The notes: generated from the sequence alone by a model not told the origin. A stretch of 64,000 nucleotides of DNA from an uncultured Verrucomicrobiota bacterium (GCA_964516325.1 CAZFAP010000002.1:22276-86275), one strand, 5' to 3'; positions 28,896 through 39,507 are shown, numbered from the stretch's first letter. Numbers and translations: made by a program.

Positions 28896-30488
28896 TCATG
28901 CGTTCTCGCTGTAGTTCTCCCACTTGATCCCCAGTTTCTTCAACGCATAGCCGACTTCACGAAGGTAATCGCCATAGCAAGTAACCGTATGGAATCCCTC
29001 CATTTCCTCCAGAAGCTTCCGCCAATTTCCGAGGATTTCCATGTCAATCTGAGAGCGACAGACGTCATAGGAAGGCGTGTCGGTGATTCTCCCTTTGAAC
29101 CCATACCACTTCGTGCACGTGAGATTGGGGATCACGTTCGTGATGACCTGCCCTTTCCTGAATTCGACTTTCGTGGCGGCGCCGGAATCCGATTCAAAAT
29201 GCGTTACGATCTTCGTCGGCTCGAAATCTTTGCCATCCATCTTCCGAGGGGCAGAACAATGGGCGAGCGTCATGACGCCTTTGTAAGGGAAATGCGAATT
29301 GCTCAGGAAAACCGGCTTGCCGGAGATATGATGCAGGAGAATCCCGGGGGAAGTATGCGTGAAATCGGAATGGCAGAACGCTGTGTACCCTTCGTCATTG
29401 AGGAGGCTCAGGATCAGGCAGGGCGGCGTCTCGAGAATGCGGATCAGCGACCCCATGCAGTCTCCCACGCCGATGGAGGTTGCCCCCACCTCGGACATAA
29501 TCTCCTTGAACACCTTCGCCGCCAGAAACGAATTGGCCACAGACTTTTTGTTGGTGTGGAGCGAGACACCCTTTTGCCCAAGAAATTCCTCGGTCTGCCG
29601 CTCGACATCCCTAACGACGTTCTCATCCCCCCTCGCCTTCTTCAGCCTCTCGCCGAGTTCCTCGTAGGATACCGACTTGATGTCGAATTTCCAGACTTCC
29701 CTTGCGTGCGTCGGGCCGAATTCCTGCCCGGGCCGGCTATAAGCTAACAAACCACCGAGAGCAATGACCCCCGTGCCGAGCGAGTTCCTCAACCCGTGAA
29801 GAGACCTCAGCCGCCAGAGAACCTCGCCGTAATCGTCCACCACAATGTCCCAGACGTCCATGTTCGGTTCGCGGAACTTGTCTTCGCTTTTCCGCAGAAA
29901 GCGCCAGTGGGCGATCTCGTACCAGAGATAGATGGGGCCGGACTTGTGCCGCAAGAACATCACATTCGGCTTCTTCGATGCCGCAAGAGTCTCCAACCAG
30001 CGCTGCTCTCCGCCCGACGCGTAAACCAAAATCACATCGCAATCCCCGTCCCTCACAGCGGCGGCTTCCGCGTCATTTCCCACCCGCGCCAGAGGCAGCG
30101 CCTCCATCGGGAAATCCGCTTCGGCAGTCAACCGCTTCAATTCGTCCGCGATTCTTTCGGCTTCCCTGTCAATGTCCGCCTGAGTGTGAAGCCCCCCATA
30201 GGGCCGCCAGCTCACGTATTCCCTTCGCTGATGGAGCTGATAGACCAGAGCCGGTTTGACTTTGAGGGGGCCGCTGGCGTGTGAGCCGGGCGGGGCCTTC
30301 TGCTCTGCCGTAGCGGCCCGAGCTTGTGATTCCGTTAGTAGCGCCGCCCCGCCCAACGCGGCAGCGGCGCCGACCGCGCTGAGAAACTGTCGGCGGCTGA
30401 TTCCGGCAGCGGCTGTCTCCTGTGGGTGGCAGCAATGGCCGCCCGCTCGCCCAGTCGCGGGCCTATCGTTATCCACCTTGCGCTCCAT
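28896..30488 (-). CDS. L-fucose/L-arabinose isomerase-family protein with twin-arginine signal peptide
   Basis: MERKVDNDR...ISRRQFLSAVGAAAALGGAALL RR signal after an AGGAGG RBS. C-terminal half (VGDCMG..., FCHSDFTHT, ...HTVTCYGDYLREVGYALKKLGIK) parallels the FucI/AraA C-terminal domain and the paralog at 45471..46964. Confidence 0.45.
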   Translation of the reverse strand: MERKVDNDRPATGRAGGHCCHPQETAAAGISRRQFLSAVGAAAALGGAALLTESQARAATAEQKAPPGSHASGPLKVKPALVYQLHQRREYVSWRPYGGLHTQADIDREAERIADELKRLTAEADFPMEALPLARVGNDAEAAAVRDGDCDVILVYASGGEQRWLETLAASKKPNVMFLRHKSGPIYLWYEIAHWRFLRKSEDKFREPNMDVWDIVVDDYGEVLWRLRSLHGLRNSLGTGVIALGGLLAYSRPGQEFGPTHAREVWKFDIKSVSYEELGERLKKARGDENVVRDVERQTEEFLGQKGVSLHTNKKSVANSFLAAKVFKEIMSEVGATSIGVGDCMGSLIRILETPPCLILSLLNDEGYTAFCHSDFTHTSPGILLHHISGKPVFLSNSHFPYKGVMTLAHCSAPRKMDGKDFEPTKIVTHFESDSGAATKVEFRKGQVITNVIPNLTCTKWYGFKGRITDTPSYDVCRSQIDMEILGNWRKLLEEMEGFHTVTCYGDYLREVGYALKKLGIKWENYSENA

Positions 30489-30911
30489 ATGAAGCTCCTC
30501 CTTCTCAGTCCGACTCTCCGAGGGATTGAATGGACGAATACCCTTCGACCTCTTTTGGATGCAGATTTTCTCCTCGGCCTGTCGCATGTCAACAGATTTC
30601 CGAAAGGAAAGTCGTAACCCCTCACTTTCGGGGGGCCAGCCCAGAGAGCGCAGAGGGCGCAGGGAAGGAGACTTTGCGTTTCTGTGTTCTCGGCGGGCTC
30701 TGCGGCCGCATCCCTGGCGCCGGGACCCCGGGATTCCCGACGGTCTCGGCTACCCATGACTGAGGCCCTACGCACCGGTTTTTCCTTTTTCTTGACAGAC
30801 AGGGGTGTTTTTGGTTTAAGGCATTCTCGTAGAGGATGAGCAATTGGCAGTGTGGTCGGCTGCTCTGGAGCCGGAACATCAACGAATGCGAAAAAGAGAG
30901 GGATATGTGCC

Positions 30912-32231
30912 ATGGATGAAAAGAGCAAGATTGATCGCCGTCAATTTCTAAAAAGGACGGGGGTGGCTGCGGCCGGCGCCGTAGCGTTTCCTCACATCAT
31001 GACTTCCTCTGCCCTCGGAGAGAGCGGGAGTGTGGCGCCGAGCGAGCGAATCACCATGGGCGCCATCGGCGTCGGCGACATGGGCACGGGCGATATGCGA
31101 GAGCTGATCGGCAAGAAGGAAGTGCGGATGCTGGCGGTGTGCGACGTGGACGCGAAGCTCCGCGACAGGGCAAAGAAGATGGTGGATGATAGATACGGCA
31201 ACCAGGACTGCGCCGTGTACAACGATTTCCGGGAGATTATCGGGCGGAAAGACATTGATGCCGTTATGATCGCCACCCCAGACCACTGGCACTCCATCCC
31301 GGCAATTATGGCGGCGAAGGCAAAGAAGGATATCCACTGCCAGAAGCCGCTGGCATATAACATCGCGGAAGGGCGGGCGATTGTTGACGCGGTCCAGAAA
31401 CACGGCGTCGTCTGGCAGACCGGGAGCCAGCAGCGCTCGGACGGCCGATTCCGTTATGCGTGCGAGCTGGCGCGCAATGGCTGCCTCGGGAAAATTCATA
31501 CGGTCGAAGTAGGTCTTCCGAATACGAACAGCATTCGTGGCGGGAGCATTGAGCCGACCGATCCGCCGCCGGACTTCGATTACAACATGTGGCTGGGACC
31601 GGCGCCGTGGACGCCGTACACTTCAACTCGCTGCCATTGGAACTTCCGCTGGATCAAGGACTATTCAGGCGGGCAGATCACCGACTGGGCGGGGCATCAC
31701 TGCGACATCGCCCAGTGGGGGATGAATACCGAGCTCACCGGACCCATTGAGGTCGAAGGGACGGGCGTTTGGCCAAAGCACCTTCTCTTCAATACGGTTG
31801 AGAACTGGCGATTCGTCTGCAAGTACAAGGAAGGGTTCACGATGATTGTCGCCGGGAGCTTCCCAAACGGACTCAAATTCATCGGCGAGAAAGGTTGGGT
31901 GTTTGTGGACCGCGGCAGAATTGACGCGGAACCAAAGTCTCTCCTCAAGACGGAGTTTGGTCCGAACGACATTCGCCTTTACAAGAGCGACGACCACAAG
32001 CAGAACTTCATTGATTGCGTGAAGTCGCGGAAGAAGACCGTCGCCCCCGTTGACGTGGCACACCGTTCGATCAGCATTGGGCATCTCGGCGTCATCGCCA
32101 TCTCGCTGGAACGAAAGGTGTACTGGGACCCCGAGAAGGAGCGCTTCCTCAACGACCCCGGCGCCGACCACATGCTGTCGAGACCGATGCGAGGTCCCTG
32201 GCAGAAAGTCCTCATGGAAGCCGTCTCGTGA
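30912..32231 (+). CDS. Gfo/Idh/MocA-family oxidoreductase, Tat-exported
   Basis: MDEKSKIDRRQFLKRTGVAAAGAVA RR signal. GAIGVGDMG and CQKPLAYN motifs. Paralog of 5682..6989. Confidence 0.8.
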   Translation: MDEKSKIDRRQFLKRTGVAAAGAVAFPHIMTSSALGESGSVAPSERITMGAIGVGDMGTGDMRELIGKKEVRMLAVCDVDAKLRDRAKKMVDDRYGNQDCAVYNDFREIIGRKDIDAVMIATPDHWHSIPAIMAAKAKKDIHCQKPLAYNIAEGRAIVDAVQKHGVVWQTGSQQRSDGRFRYACELARNGCLGKIHTVEVGLPNTNSIRGGSIEPTDPPPDFDYNMWLGPAPWTPYTSTRCHWNFRWIKDYSGGQITDWAGHHCDIAQWGMNTELTGPIEVEGTGVWPKHLLFNTVENWRFVCKYKEGFTMIVAGSFPNGLKFIGEKGWVFVDRGRIDAEPKSLLKTEFGPNDIRLYKSDDHKQNFIDCVKSRKKTVAPVDVAHRSISIGHLGVIAISLERKVYWDPEKERFLNDPGADHMLSRPMRGPWQKVLMEAVS

Positions 32232-32398
32232 GTTGAGGCTTCTCGAAAGAGCCTTTGTCCGGTTGTCAGCGGCGGGTGCCGGAAGGGAAGTGCGGTCTAT
32301 TCGGCGGCGCGCGGAGCCACAGTTCCTCTGAGCGCGCTGTGATCAGGGTTTTTGCAGCTCCACGCGCGTTGCCTCAGACTGATCGAACCGGGCTTGAT

Positions 32399-34609
32399 TC
32401 AGTATTTCAACGGCTCCGGCTCATAATCGAAATAGGTGTAAGGTTCTTTGCCGGCGACTTTGATGTAGCGTCGGCTCAGAAGCGGTGAAGGCCTCTGTGA
32501 GCCATCCGCACCGAACTCGACGAGCAGAAGGTATCCGCCGCCCTCCGGAGGCAGTTGGACCGTCGTCGGGACATACTGCTTCCCATACGCGGGAACGGCG
32601 ACTGCGACGGACTGTCGCTTGACCTCTCGCCCCTTCGCGTCGAGCAGTCTGACCACTGCCTCCCCGCCCACTGCTTGGTCGTGATCGTTTACGCCCACCA
32701 GGTTGAAGCTCAGTTCAGAACCGCGGGCATGAGGCGGCAGGTGCTTTGTATATCGTTCATCCACGAGGTCAATGAACACAGCGGCGGGGGCGAAACAATG
32801 AGCGAACCACTCTAATGTCGGACCGGGTCGCAGTTCCCCGATCGGCCCGACAAACCAATCGCCCGTGAAGCCGCAGTTGTTCGTCAAGTAGCAAAAGCTC
32901 AAAACTCCCGCGAGCGACCGCTCGGACCTCAGCCACTCCGTTTCAAGTTGCAGCCAGTACGCCTGGAGCTTTCGCCGCTCCTCCGGGGACGCATTCTCTC
33001 CGAGGTAGAACGCGAAATTCTTCTGCGTCAGCTTCGCCGGGCGCCCGTCTCGCCACAACCATATCCACCCGTACTCATTCACCAACTGCACCGCGCTGGA
33101 ATTCAGGGTCTTTTGCCATTCCCCTGACCAATCGTGCAAGGCGCCGAGCGAATACGAATTCCGTGTGTAGTATTCCTCGAAGTCTGCCCGCCAGCTTCCG
33201 ACGCGGTACGGATGCGGCTCGTCCATCTCGTCGAGGGTCATGTGCTCGGAGGTCATGTAGCCAGCATCCCAGATGCGTGTCGAATCAAGCTTCTTCAAAT
33301 CGGGGATCAAAACGTTGCCGATGAAAGAGTCCCAATTCTCATTGATGGCGTCCCAGACCACGATGCTGGGATGATTCCCGTCGCTCCAGACCCAGTCGGT
33401 GTATTCGGCTCGGATTTGTTCGTCCCACCCGTGGTTCTGCCAGTACAGCCATTCGTTTTGCAGCAGCAGCCCTGACTCGTCGGCGATGTCGTACCAGAAT
33501 TTCGGGGCGATCCCGACGCAGATGCGCATCGCGTTCCAGTTCAATGCTCTGGGGATGTCAGACAGCAACTTCTTGACCCACGCGCGCTCCCAGGGCAGCG
33601 CCCCGCACTCCGGGTCCTCGAAAAAGCGATGCAGCGTAATGTTCGTTCCCCGCAGGATGATTCTTTTGCCGTTCAGGAAGAAATGCTTGCCCCTGCGTTC
33701 AAAATCGCGCATCCCGAAACGGACGCTGACGCGGTCACTCAGCAAATCATTGTCGCGCACGATCACTTCTGCCGCATAGAGGAACGGGGCGTCGGGTGTC
33801 CACAGGTGTGGCATTGCTACGGGAACATCAACAACTGCCTCAGTCAGATTGTCCCTTTTGACGAGCACCGTCCGGCGGACGGCGGCCCCAACCTGCTTTC
33901 CGGTCGCTTCCTCGCGCACGGTAATCTCAATCCCGCACGGGTCTTCCATCGAATCGCCGTACTGAATTTGAGACGGATAGAAACTCCGTAAGAGAACCTT
34001 AGCTGTGACTTTCTTTTCCGAGACCGACGGGAGCATCAAAACACGATGGATGCGAAACTTGCCCGTGAACGAAATGAAAACGTCGTCCCATATCCCGGGA
34101 AGATACGCTATCTTCTCCTTGTCCGTTCCGCCTGCGGCAGCGCTCGGCAGCCATGCTCTGTCCCCCACGCGAACCAGCGCTTCGTTCATCTCCCCGAACC
34201 GGATGGACTGCGTAACGGGGAACTCGACGGGCGTATAGCATGCCATGGAGGTCCCGATGTCCATCCCGTTCACAAAAACCTGAGTCACATATTGGCTCTT
34301 CAGAATGGACAAAACCGCGTGGCTGCCTTCTGACTCCTTCGGAACCAGAAACCGACACCGATACCAGTTGTACCGCGGTTCGTAATCCTTCGTGAGAAGT
34401 TTCTCGAACTGGTCAATCTTAGGCTCCGCGAGATGGATGAGACCCGGCACGGGAATCCGGCGGGTGAACTGCTGAGGAGGAAACGCATTTTTCGTCTGCT
34501 CAAAGTCCCACCTGCCGTTCAGGTTGATTGTCGTGCGGAATTGCTCCGCCGCTCCAACGAGCGGGATGCCAGCCAAAAAGAAAACAAACAGTACAATGAT
34601 TTTCCTCAT
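32399..34609 (-). CDS. Glycoside hydrolase family 2 (beta-galactosidase/mannosidase/glucuronidase family), secreted
   Basis: Signal peptide IIVLFVFFLAGIPLVGAA. N-terminal sugar-binding jelly-roll (RWDFEQTKN), then a TIM barrel with WDAINENW (GH2 acid/base NE motif). Confidence 0.65.
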   Translation of the reverse strand: MRKIIVLFVFFLAGIPLVGAAEQFRTTINLNGRWDFEQTKNAFPPQQFTRRIPVPGLIHLAEPKIDQFEKLLTKDYEPRYNWYRCRFLVPKESEGSHAVLSILKSQYVTQVFVNGMDIGTSMACYTPVEFPVTQSIRFGEMNEALVRVGDRAWLPSAAAGGTDKEKIAYLPGIWDDVFISFTGKFRIHRVLMLPSVSEKKVTAKVLLRSFYPSQIQYGDSMEDPCGIEITVREEATGKQVGAAVRRTVLVKRDNLTEAVVDVPVAMPHLWTPDAPFLYAAEVIVRDNDLLSDRVSVRFGMRDFERRGKHFFLNGKRIILRGTNITLHRFFEDPECGALPWERAWVKKLLSDIPRALNWNAMRICVGIAPKFWYDIADESGLLLQNEWLYWQNHGWDEQIRAEYTDWVWSDGNHPSIVVWDAINENWDSFIGNVLIPDLKKLDSTRIWDAGYMTSEHMTLDEMDEPHPYRVGSWRADFEEYYTRNSYSLGALHDWSGEWQKTLNSSAVQLVNEYGWIWLWRDGRPAKLTQKNFAFYLGENASPEERRKLQAYWLQLETEWLRSERSLAGVLSFCYLTNNCGFTGDWFVGPIGELRPGPTLEWFAHCFAPAAVFIDLVDERYTKHLPPHARGSELSFNLVGVNDHDQAVGGEAVVRLLDAKGREVKRQSVAVAVPAYGKQYVPTTVQLPPEGGGYLLLVEFGADGSQRPSPLLSRRYIKVAGKEPYTYFDYEPEPLKY

Positions 34610-34682
34610 GGTTCACACTCCTCCAGTAGAGATTGATTTCCCCGAGGCGGTAACGGGGATGGACATCTCAACCAGGCATGCA

Positions 34683-37679
34683 TCACTCTTTTTTCTCGTC
34701 GGGAGATGCCGACCGCAATGCCTCCAATACGCCCGGGTCCAGCTTAACGCCCAGTTCGCTCGCGCGCTTTGCTAACTCCTGCGCGACCCCATGTTCTCCC
34801 TTTTCCGAGTGGAGGCTCACAAGGATGTCGTACGCCGGTGCGAACCTTGGATTATGGCGAACCTCCTCGTGATATTCGGTGATCGCTTCGTCAATCTTTT
34901 CCAACCGATGAAGTGCCGCCCCGAGGTTGTAGTGAACGTGAGGATACGCCGGTGAGAGCTTCACGACCTCGCGGTACTCGACGATCGCCTCCATCACCTT
35001 TCCGGCTTTGACAAGAGAATTGGCGAGGTTGTAGCGGGCTTTCACAAGACGCGGGTCTAACTCGACCGCCCGCCGAAGTTCCTGCATAGATTCCTCTTCA
35101 TTCTGCACTTTTGCGAAGCCTACCCCGAGGTCGTGGTGGTACGTGGCGCTTTTGGGGTCGAGCTTGATGGCGGTCCTGAGAGCTTCAATGCCCTCGGCGT
35201 CCTTTCCCAGGCTCAGGAGAGCCACCCCAACATTGGCGTGGGTTTTCGCGTCGCTCGCGTCTATCGCAAGAGCCTTCTGGAGCGCCTCACCGGCTCGCTC
35301 GAACTTGCCGAGACTTACGAGACTGTCGCCGAGGGCTCGCAGAGCCTCAAGGTGATTGGGCTGGATTTGAACGGTTTTCTCAAACAACTCCGCCGCCTGT
35401 TCAGTCTTTCCTGTCTGCTTTTTTTGCAGCCCAAGGTTGTAGTAGAACACAGCCCCCGAAGCCGGATGGCGTGCCACAGCATCCACGAACTTCTGCGTCC
35501 GGGCGTCGGGCTTCTCCTGAACAGCGATGGCAAGCCCGAGGCTTCCCCATGCCAGATTGCTCTGGCTGTCGAGAGAGACAGCGCGCAGTCCCAACTCAAC
35601 CGCCTGCTCGACATCCCCCGCAAGAGCAAATGCGCGGCACGCCGCCGCACACGCATACGAATTCCCGGAAAGGCAATAAAGCACGGTTGGGGCTTTGGCG
35701 GCCGCCGCCTTGTATTCCTTATCCTCGAGGAGGGAAATCATCGCTTCGAGCTGAATCACCGCGTCGTTCGGGTCGGCAGTCTCACTCAGTGCCACGATTT
35801 CACGTCGGAGGCTTGGCGTGCGAACCTGCGTCAAGACGTACCGGAGCCAATCCGGTTTGGCAGGTGTTACCGTCAACGGTTGCGGGTTGTCCCCCAGCGA
35901 CCGTTCCGCCTCCTCGATGTCCTTTTCCACTCGCCCGATATCTCTGTCGTTGGGCGCGAGAGCGCGAGCACGCCTGAGCATCCGACGAGCTTCGCGCACA
36001 AAGCCCTTGAGAAACCACACCTGAGCCAGGCGCGCCATCGCGGAGGCGTTGAAGGGGTTCACCATCAATATCTTGCCGAAATTCTCTTCCGCATGGTCCA
36101 GTGCCCCGGCTGCCAGCAGCACCTCCCCCGCGACATCGCAATAATCCTCAAGAATCATTCCGGTCTTTTCCTCTATTGAGCCGAGACGCAGGTGTATCGC
36201 GCACGCTACCGGATTCCCCTGGCGACAGTAGTACCGAGCCATGACCAGGCACGGATACTTCAAATCCTTCACCATCGGGGCGAAGAAGTAATGCAGCGCA
36301 ATGGGCAACTCGCCTCTCGCCAGGTGCGCTTTGCCCGTCTCGTACAGAGCCGTTTGGCTCTTTTCGTTGAGTTCCGAAACGTGCTTCCAATAGGCGAGCG
36401 GAGACCGCGAGTGGGAGTTCAACTCGAGTGATCGCAAACCCAGAAACAGAAAACCGGCTGCCAGGACTGCTTGACCTGCCACTCTGACCCATTGCCGTCG
36501 AGCTCGCGCGACGAGCTCGTGAACGCCGCTCACCAACAGCGCGAAACCGACCACTGGAAAGTAAAGATACGTCCAGGAAACGTAATCCACGACGCGGTTG
36601 TAGGAAATCGTCGCGTAGGGAATCATGGCAATGAACATGAAGAGGATGCCTAACCCAGCCCAGAGTCTTTTCGCCAGAGCCACTATGCCAATCACGAGGA
36701 GCACGACGTTGAACGCCGCCCAGAACAGGAACTTCGGGTTGTTCCAACGAAAAATCTGCTCGACGGCATCGTGGAGAACAGCAGGAATTCCTCGAGTGAG
36801 CACGAGACCCCCTGCATACTGTCGCGTGGCGCCCGTCACCGAAAAAAGACCGTGCCAGAATGAACCCTTGTACAAACCCATATATTTGTAGTGAAGAGGG
36901 TGCGGTGTGTACCAAGCCCATAGCGGGAAGAGCGCGACCGGGATTAGGACGAAGGGCCATAACCGAGACAACGCGCGCTTCAGCCCGGAGCGCTGATAGG
37001 CAAGTTCATAGACGAGAAAAACAAGACCAAGGCAGAGAGTTGCCCTCGCGGTTACGAGGGCCAGGAAGAAAAGAACCACCGCAGCGAAATACAGAGTCTT
37101 TTTCCGGTTTCGCGTGAATGACAGGTAAGCCCTTAAGGAACCGAGAGACAGGGTCAGCCCGAAAAGCATGTAGAACTGATTGATGTCATTAACAATGACG
37201 GTACAGAGTGGATGCAGTCCGAAAATGGCGGCCGCCGTAAGCGCCACGGTCAGCCGGTGAGTGAAATGCCGAGCGATGGCAACGACGAGCAGAGTATTGA
37301 GAGCGTGAAACCCCAACAGCCACAAATGCCAGAACAGGAGGCTTTCTGAGGGTGCGAAAGTGCGAACGGCGGCCAGGAGCACATAACTCAAAGGACGAAA
37401 TTGACCCGACGAAAACAGGAGAAAATCGCGCGATAGGATGTGCGGGACGTTGCGCACGTGAGATAGCAGCGGCAGCCGCAGGATACTGTCTTCGTGAAGG
37501 ATCAACGTCGGGGAGCGAAGAGCGACCGAGTAAATCGCGACGAGCACGACAGTCGCCAGCAAGCCTACGGTCAACCAGGGGCGGTCTTGTACCCTCTTCA
37601 GGAAAGCTGCACTTCTCGCGCTCGGGACCGGGGCAGAGACGGGTGCGCTACCCTTCCTCGCGTGCTTTCGCTTGGACAT
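34683..37679 (-). CDS. Polytopic membrane protein with PMT/TMTC-like GT-C N-terminal domain and long C-terminal TPR array
   Basis: Roughly 11 predicted TM helices in the first ~430 aa, with a loop pattern similar to DUF1736/PMT_2 proteins. The C-terminal ~550 aa are canonical TPR repeats (AxxxYNLGxAL.. repeated about 12 times). Confidence 0.5.
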   Translation of the reverse strand: MSKRKHARKGSAPVSAPVPSARSAAFLKRVQDRPWLTVGLLATVVLVAIYSVALRSPTLILHEDSILRLPLLSHVRNVPHILSRDFLLFSSGQFRPLSYVLLAAVRTFAPSESLLFWHLWLLGFHALNTLLVVAIARHFTHRLTVALTAAAIFGLHPLCTVIVNDINQFYMLFGLTLSLGSLRAYLSFTRNRKKTLYFAAVVLFFLALVTARATLCLGLVFLVYELAYQRSGLKRALSRLWPFVLIPVALFPLWAWYTPHPLHYKYMGLYKGSFWHGLFSVTGATRQYAGGLVLTRGIPAVLHDAVEQIFRWNNPKFLFWAAFNVVLLVIGIVALAKRLWAGLGILFMFIAMIPYATISYNRVVDYVSWTYLYFPVVGFALLVSGVHELVARARRQWVRVAGQAVLAAGFLFLGLRSLELNSHSRSPLAYWKHVSELNEKSQTALYETGKAHLARGELPIALHYFFAPMVKDLKYPCLVMARYYCRQGNPVACAIHLRLGSIEEKTGMILEDYCDVAGEVLLAAGALDHAEENFGKILMVNPFNASAMARLAQVWFLKGFVREARRMLRRARALAPNDRDIGRVEKDIEEAERSLGDNPQPLTVTPAKPDWLRYVLTQVRTPSLRREIVALSETADPNDAVIQLEAMISLLEDKEYKAAAAKAPTVLYCLSGNSYACAAACRAFALAGDVEQAVELGLRAVSLDSQSNLAWGSLGLAIAVQEKPDARTQKFVDAVARHPASGAVFYYNLGLQKKQTGKTEQAAELFEKTVQIQPNHLEALRALGDSLVSLGKFERAGEALQKALAIDASDAKTHANVGVALLSLGKDAEGIEALRTAIKLDPKSATYHHDLGVGFAKVQNEEESMQELRRAVELDPRLVKARYNLANSLVKAGKVMEAIVEYREVVKLSPAYPHVHYNLGAALHRLEKIDEAITEYHEEVRHNPRFAPAYDILVSLHSEKGEHGVAQELAKRASELGVKLDPGVLEALRSASPDEKKE

Positions 37680-39507
37680 CGCCGTAGTCTTCTTCGAGCT
37701 TTCTCTTTTTTACGACCCGGGGCGTTTTCTCCACTCGGATGGCTTCAAAGAGGTCGGCTTCTCTAATTCCCGGATTGCGGGCAACAAATTCCGGGATATT
37801 GAAGCTGGCGTCGGGCTTTCTTTTCATCGGCAAGCGGATCGCCGGAGAAGCGCGCCCGCCATCGTCTATGTGCGTGAGGTACAGATAAGCGTAGATGCCC
37901 CCTTCGCGCTTGGACGCGAACACAAGCCAGCGAGCGTTCGAACTCCAACTATGCCACGAATCCGCAGCGTATGCCGCGTTGCATTCCAACCGGTGAGCCG
38001 GCCCCTTCAGGTCGCCGGGCTTGACGTAAATGTCGCTCGAGGACCGTATGAGGTCTCCGCCGTCGCACTCGCAAAAAGACAGCCACCTGCCGTCGGGACT
38101 GAACCGCGGGAAGTAGTTGCTCCGCCCATTGCTCGAAGCGTCTTGCACAGGCGTCGGCGCCCCGCCCTTTCCGCCATCAAATGCGATGGAGTAGAGGTCA
38201 AAACAGATGTACGCGGGATGCGCTCCCATCGGACTCCGCGAGAAGACAATGAGACTCCCGTCGGGAGACCATCGGGGATAGATTTCCAGCGTGTCTGGAC
38301 TCGAAGCCCCCGGAAGAAGATACGCCTCGTTCCGACCCGGGTCGTAGATGGCAATGTCGGAAGTGGACATGCCCGCGAGTTGCGTCTCATAAAGGATGGG
38401 CTTCAACGCGGCGATCTTCTGATTGGCCGAGAAAGCGAGCTTCCCACCGTCGGGCGACCACGCCATGAACGTGGTCATCTGAATCTCAAAAGGCAACTGC
38501 GCCCGGTAACCGCTCCCTCGATCAATGTCATAGATGCCGAGATAAACCGGGAGCTTCTGTCCGGGGGCGGCAAGACTTCGGATTTGCAGGCTCAGCTTGC
38601 CGGTGTTCCCCTCTTTGCTGGAAAATGCGTGGCAGTTCACGCAGTATCTCCGCCGCGCAGACAGGAACAGCCTCGGTTCGTCCTCACGGACATCTCGCAC
38701 GAAAAGGTCCGGGGTCTTGGAGGAACTGAAAGGCGGCTCGACGAGACGATAGACAATATAATTGTCGGCTGGGTCGCGCGCTATCCTGAAACGCACGATT
38801 TCCGAAGCTTGAATGACGCCGAGTTTTTTCCCGTCCTCATCCAGTTTCACTCCCTTGACCTGAAGTCGCACATCGCAAGTGATTCCCTCCCGACGCAGCC
38901 GCTCCCAGAGTCTCGACGGGAAACGCCACGTCTTTTCGGTCGTAAGGAACATCAACCTCTCTCGGCGCTCGCCAATCTCGATGACGACTTGCCACAAATC
39001 GTTCCGAGGGTCCTCCCATTCGACATACGGTGGGCACAGATTCGGAGGAAACAACGACCCTTCTTCTGGATAGACAATCTGGAGCGTCCGAGAAGGACGG
39101 CGGTCACGATACGCCGACGGCGAGCGAAGGCGCGCCACGGGCGTGGCGCCCGTCGTGCCATCCACCAAACTCTCCTCCGCACGCCTTCTCAATGCGGCGT
39201 CCACATCGTCGCGCGACTCCCCGTCCACCCAGGGAATTTCCCCCTCGTTCGATTCTGTCGCAAACTCAGAGTCTTTTGAAGCCGGCTCCGCAGCCTTCTC
39301 CTCCTTGTTCAGGTACTCGGCCAAGTTATAGACGACGCGGGGATAGTAGGCCGGTTCCTCTCTCGGACAAATCTGGAATGGCGCAGCAAACAAAGCACCA
39401 AGCCTCGCATTTCGCACGCCATGCAACGCTATCTGGGCAGCGCACACAACCGCGGCAACGGCAACGAGAACAATGGCTATTTTCACTGCACGAGATGGAC
39501 TCTTCAT
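37648..39507 (-). CDS. Membrane-anchored WD40-like beta-propeller (PD40/TolB-like repeat) protein
   Basis: Single N-terminal TM (VKIAIVLVAVAAVVCAA). Repeated PD40 motifs AWSPDGGKLAF, YPRWSPDGSLIVF, FPRFSPDGRWLSF. The start is uncertain (track start 39594; MKSPSR at 39507 has a better RBS). Confidence 0.55.
   Translation of the reverse strand: MKSPSRAVKIAIVLVAVAAVVCAAQIALHGVRNARLGALFAAPFQICPREEPAYYPRVVYNLAEYLNKEEKAAEPASKDSEFATESNEGEIPWVDGESRDDVDAALRRRAEESLVDGTTGATPVARLRSPSAYRDRRPSRTLQIVYPEEGSLFPPNLCPPYVEWEDPRNDLWQVVIEIGERRERLMFLTTEKTWRFPSRLWERLRREGITCDVRLQVKGVKLDEDGKKLGVIQASEIVRFRIARDPADNYIVYRLVEPPFSSSKTPDLFVRDVREDEPRLFLSARRRYCVNCHAFSSKEGNTGKLSLQIRSLAAPGQKLPVYLGIYDIDRGSGYRAQLPFEIQMTTFMAWSPDGGKLAFSANQKIAALKPILYETQLAGMSTSDIAIYDPGRNEAYLLPGASSPDTLEIYPRWSPDGSLIVFSRSPMGAHPAYICFDLYSIAFDGGKGGAPTPVQDASSNGRSNYFPRFSPDGRWLSFCECDGGDLIRSSSDIYVKPGDLKGPAHRLECNAAYAADSWHSWSSNARWLVFASKREGGIYAYLYLTHIDDGGRASPAIRLPMKRKPDASFNIPEFVARNPGIREADLFEAIRVEKTPRVVKKRKLEEDYGDVQAKAREEG

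Noticed and set aside
35133-39279. Plus-strand ORFs 35133..36179 (348 aa) and 37672..39279 (535 aa)
   Set aside because: Antisense to the TPR/GT-C and PD40 genes. Arg/Pro-rich translations.
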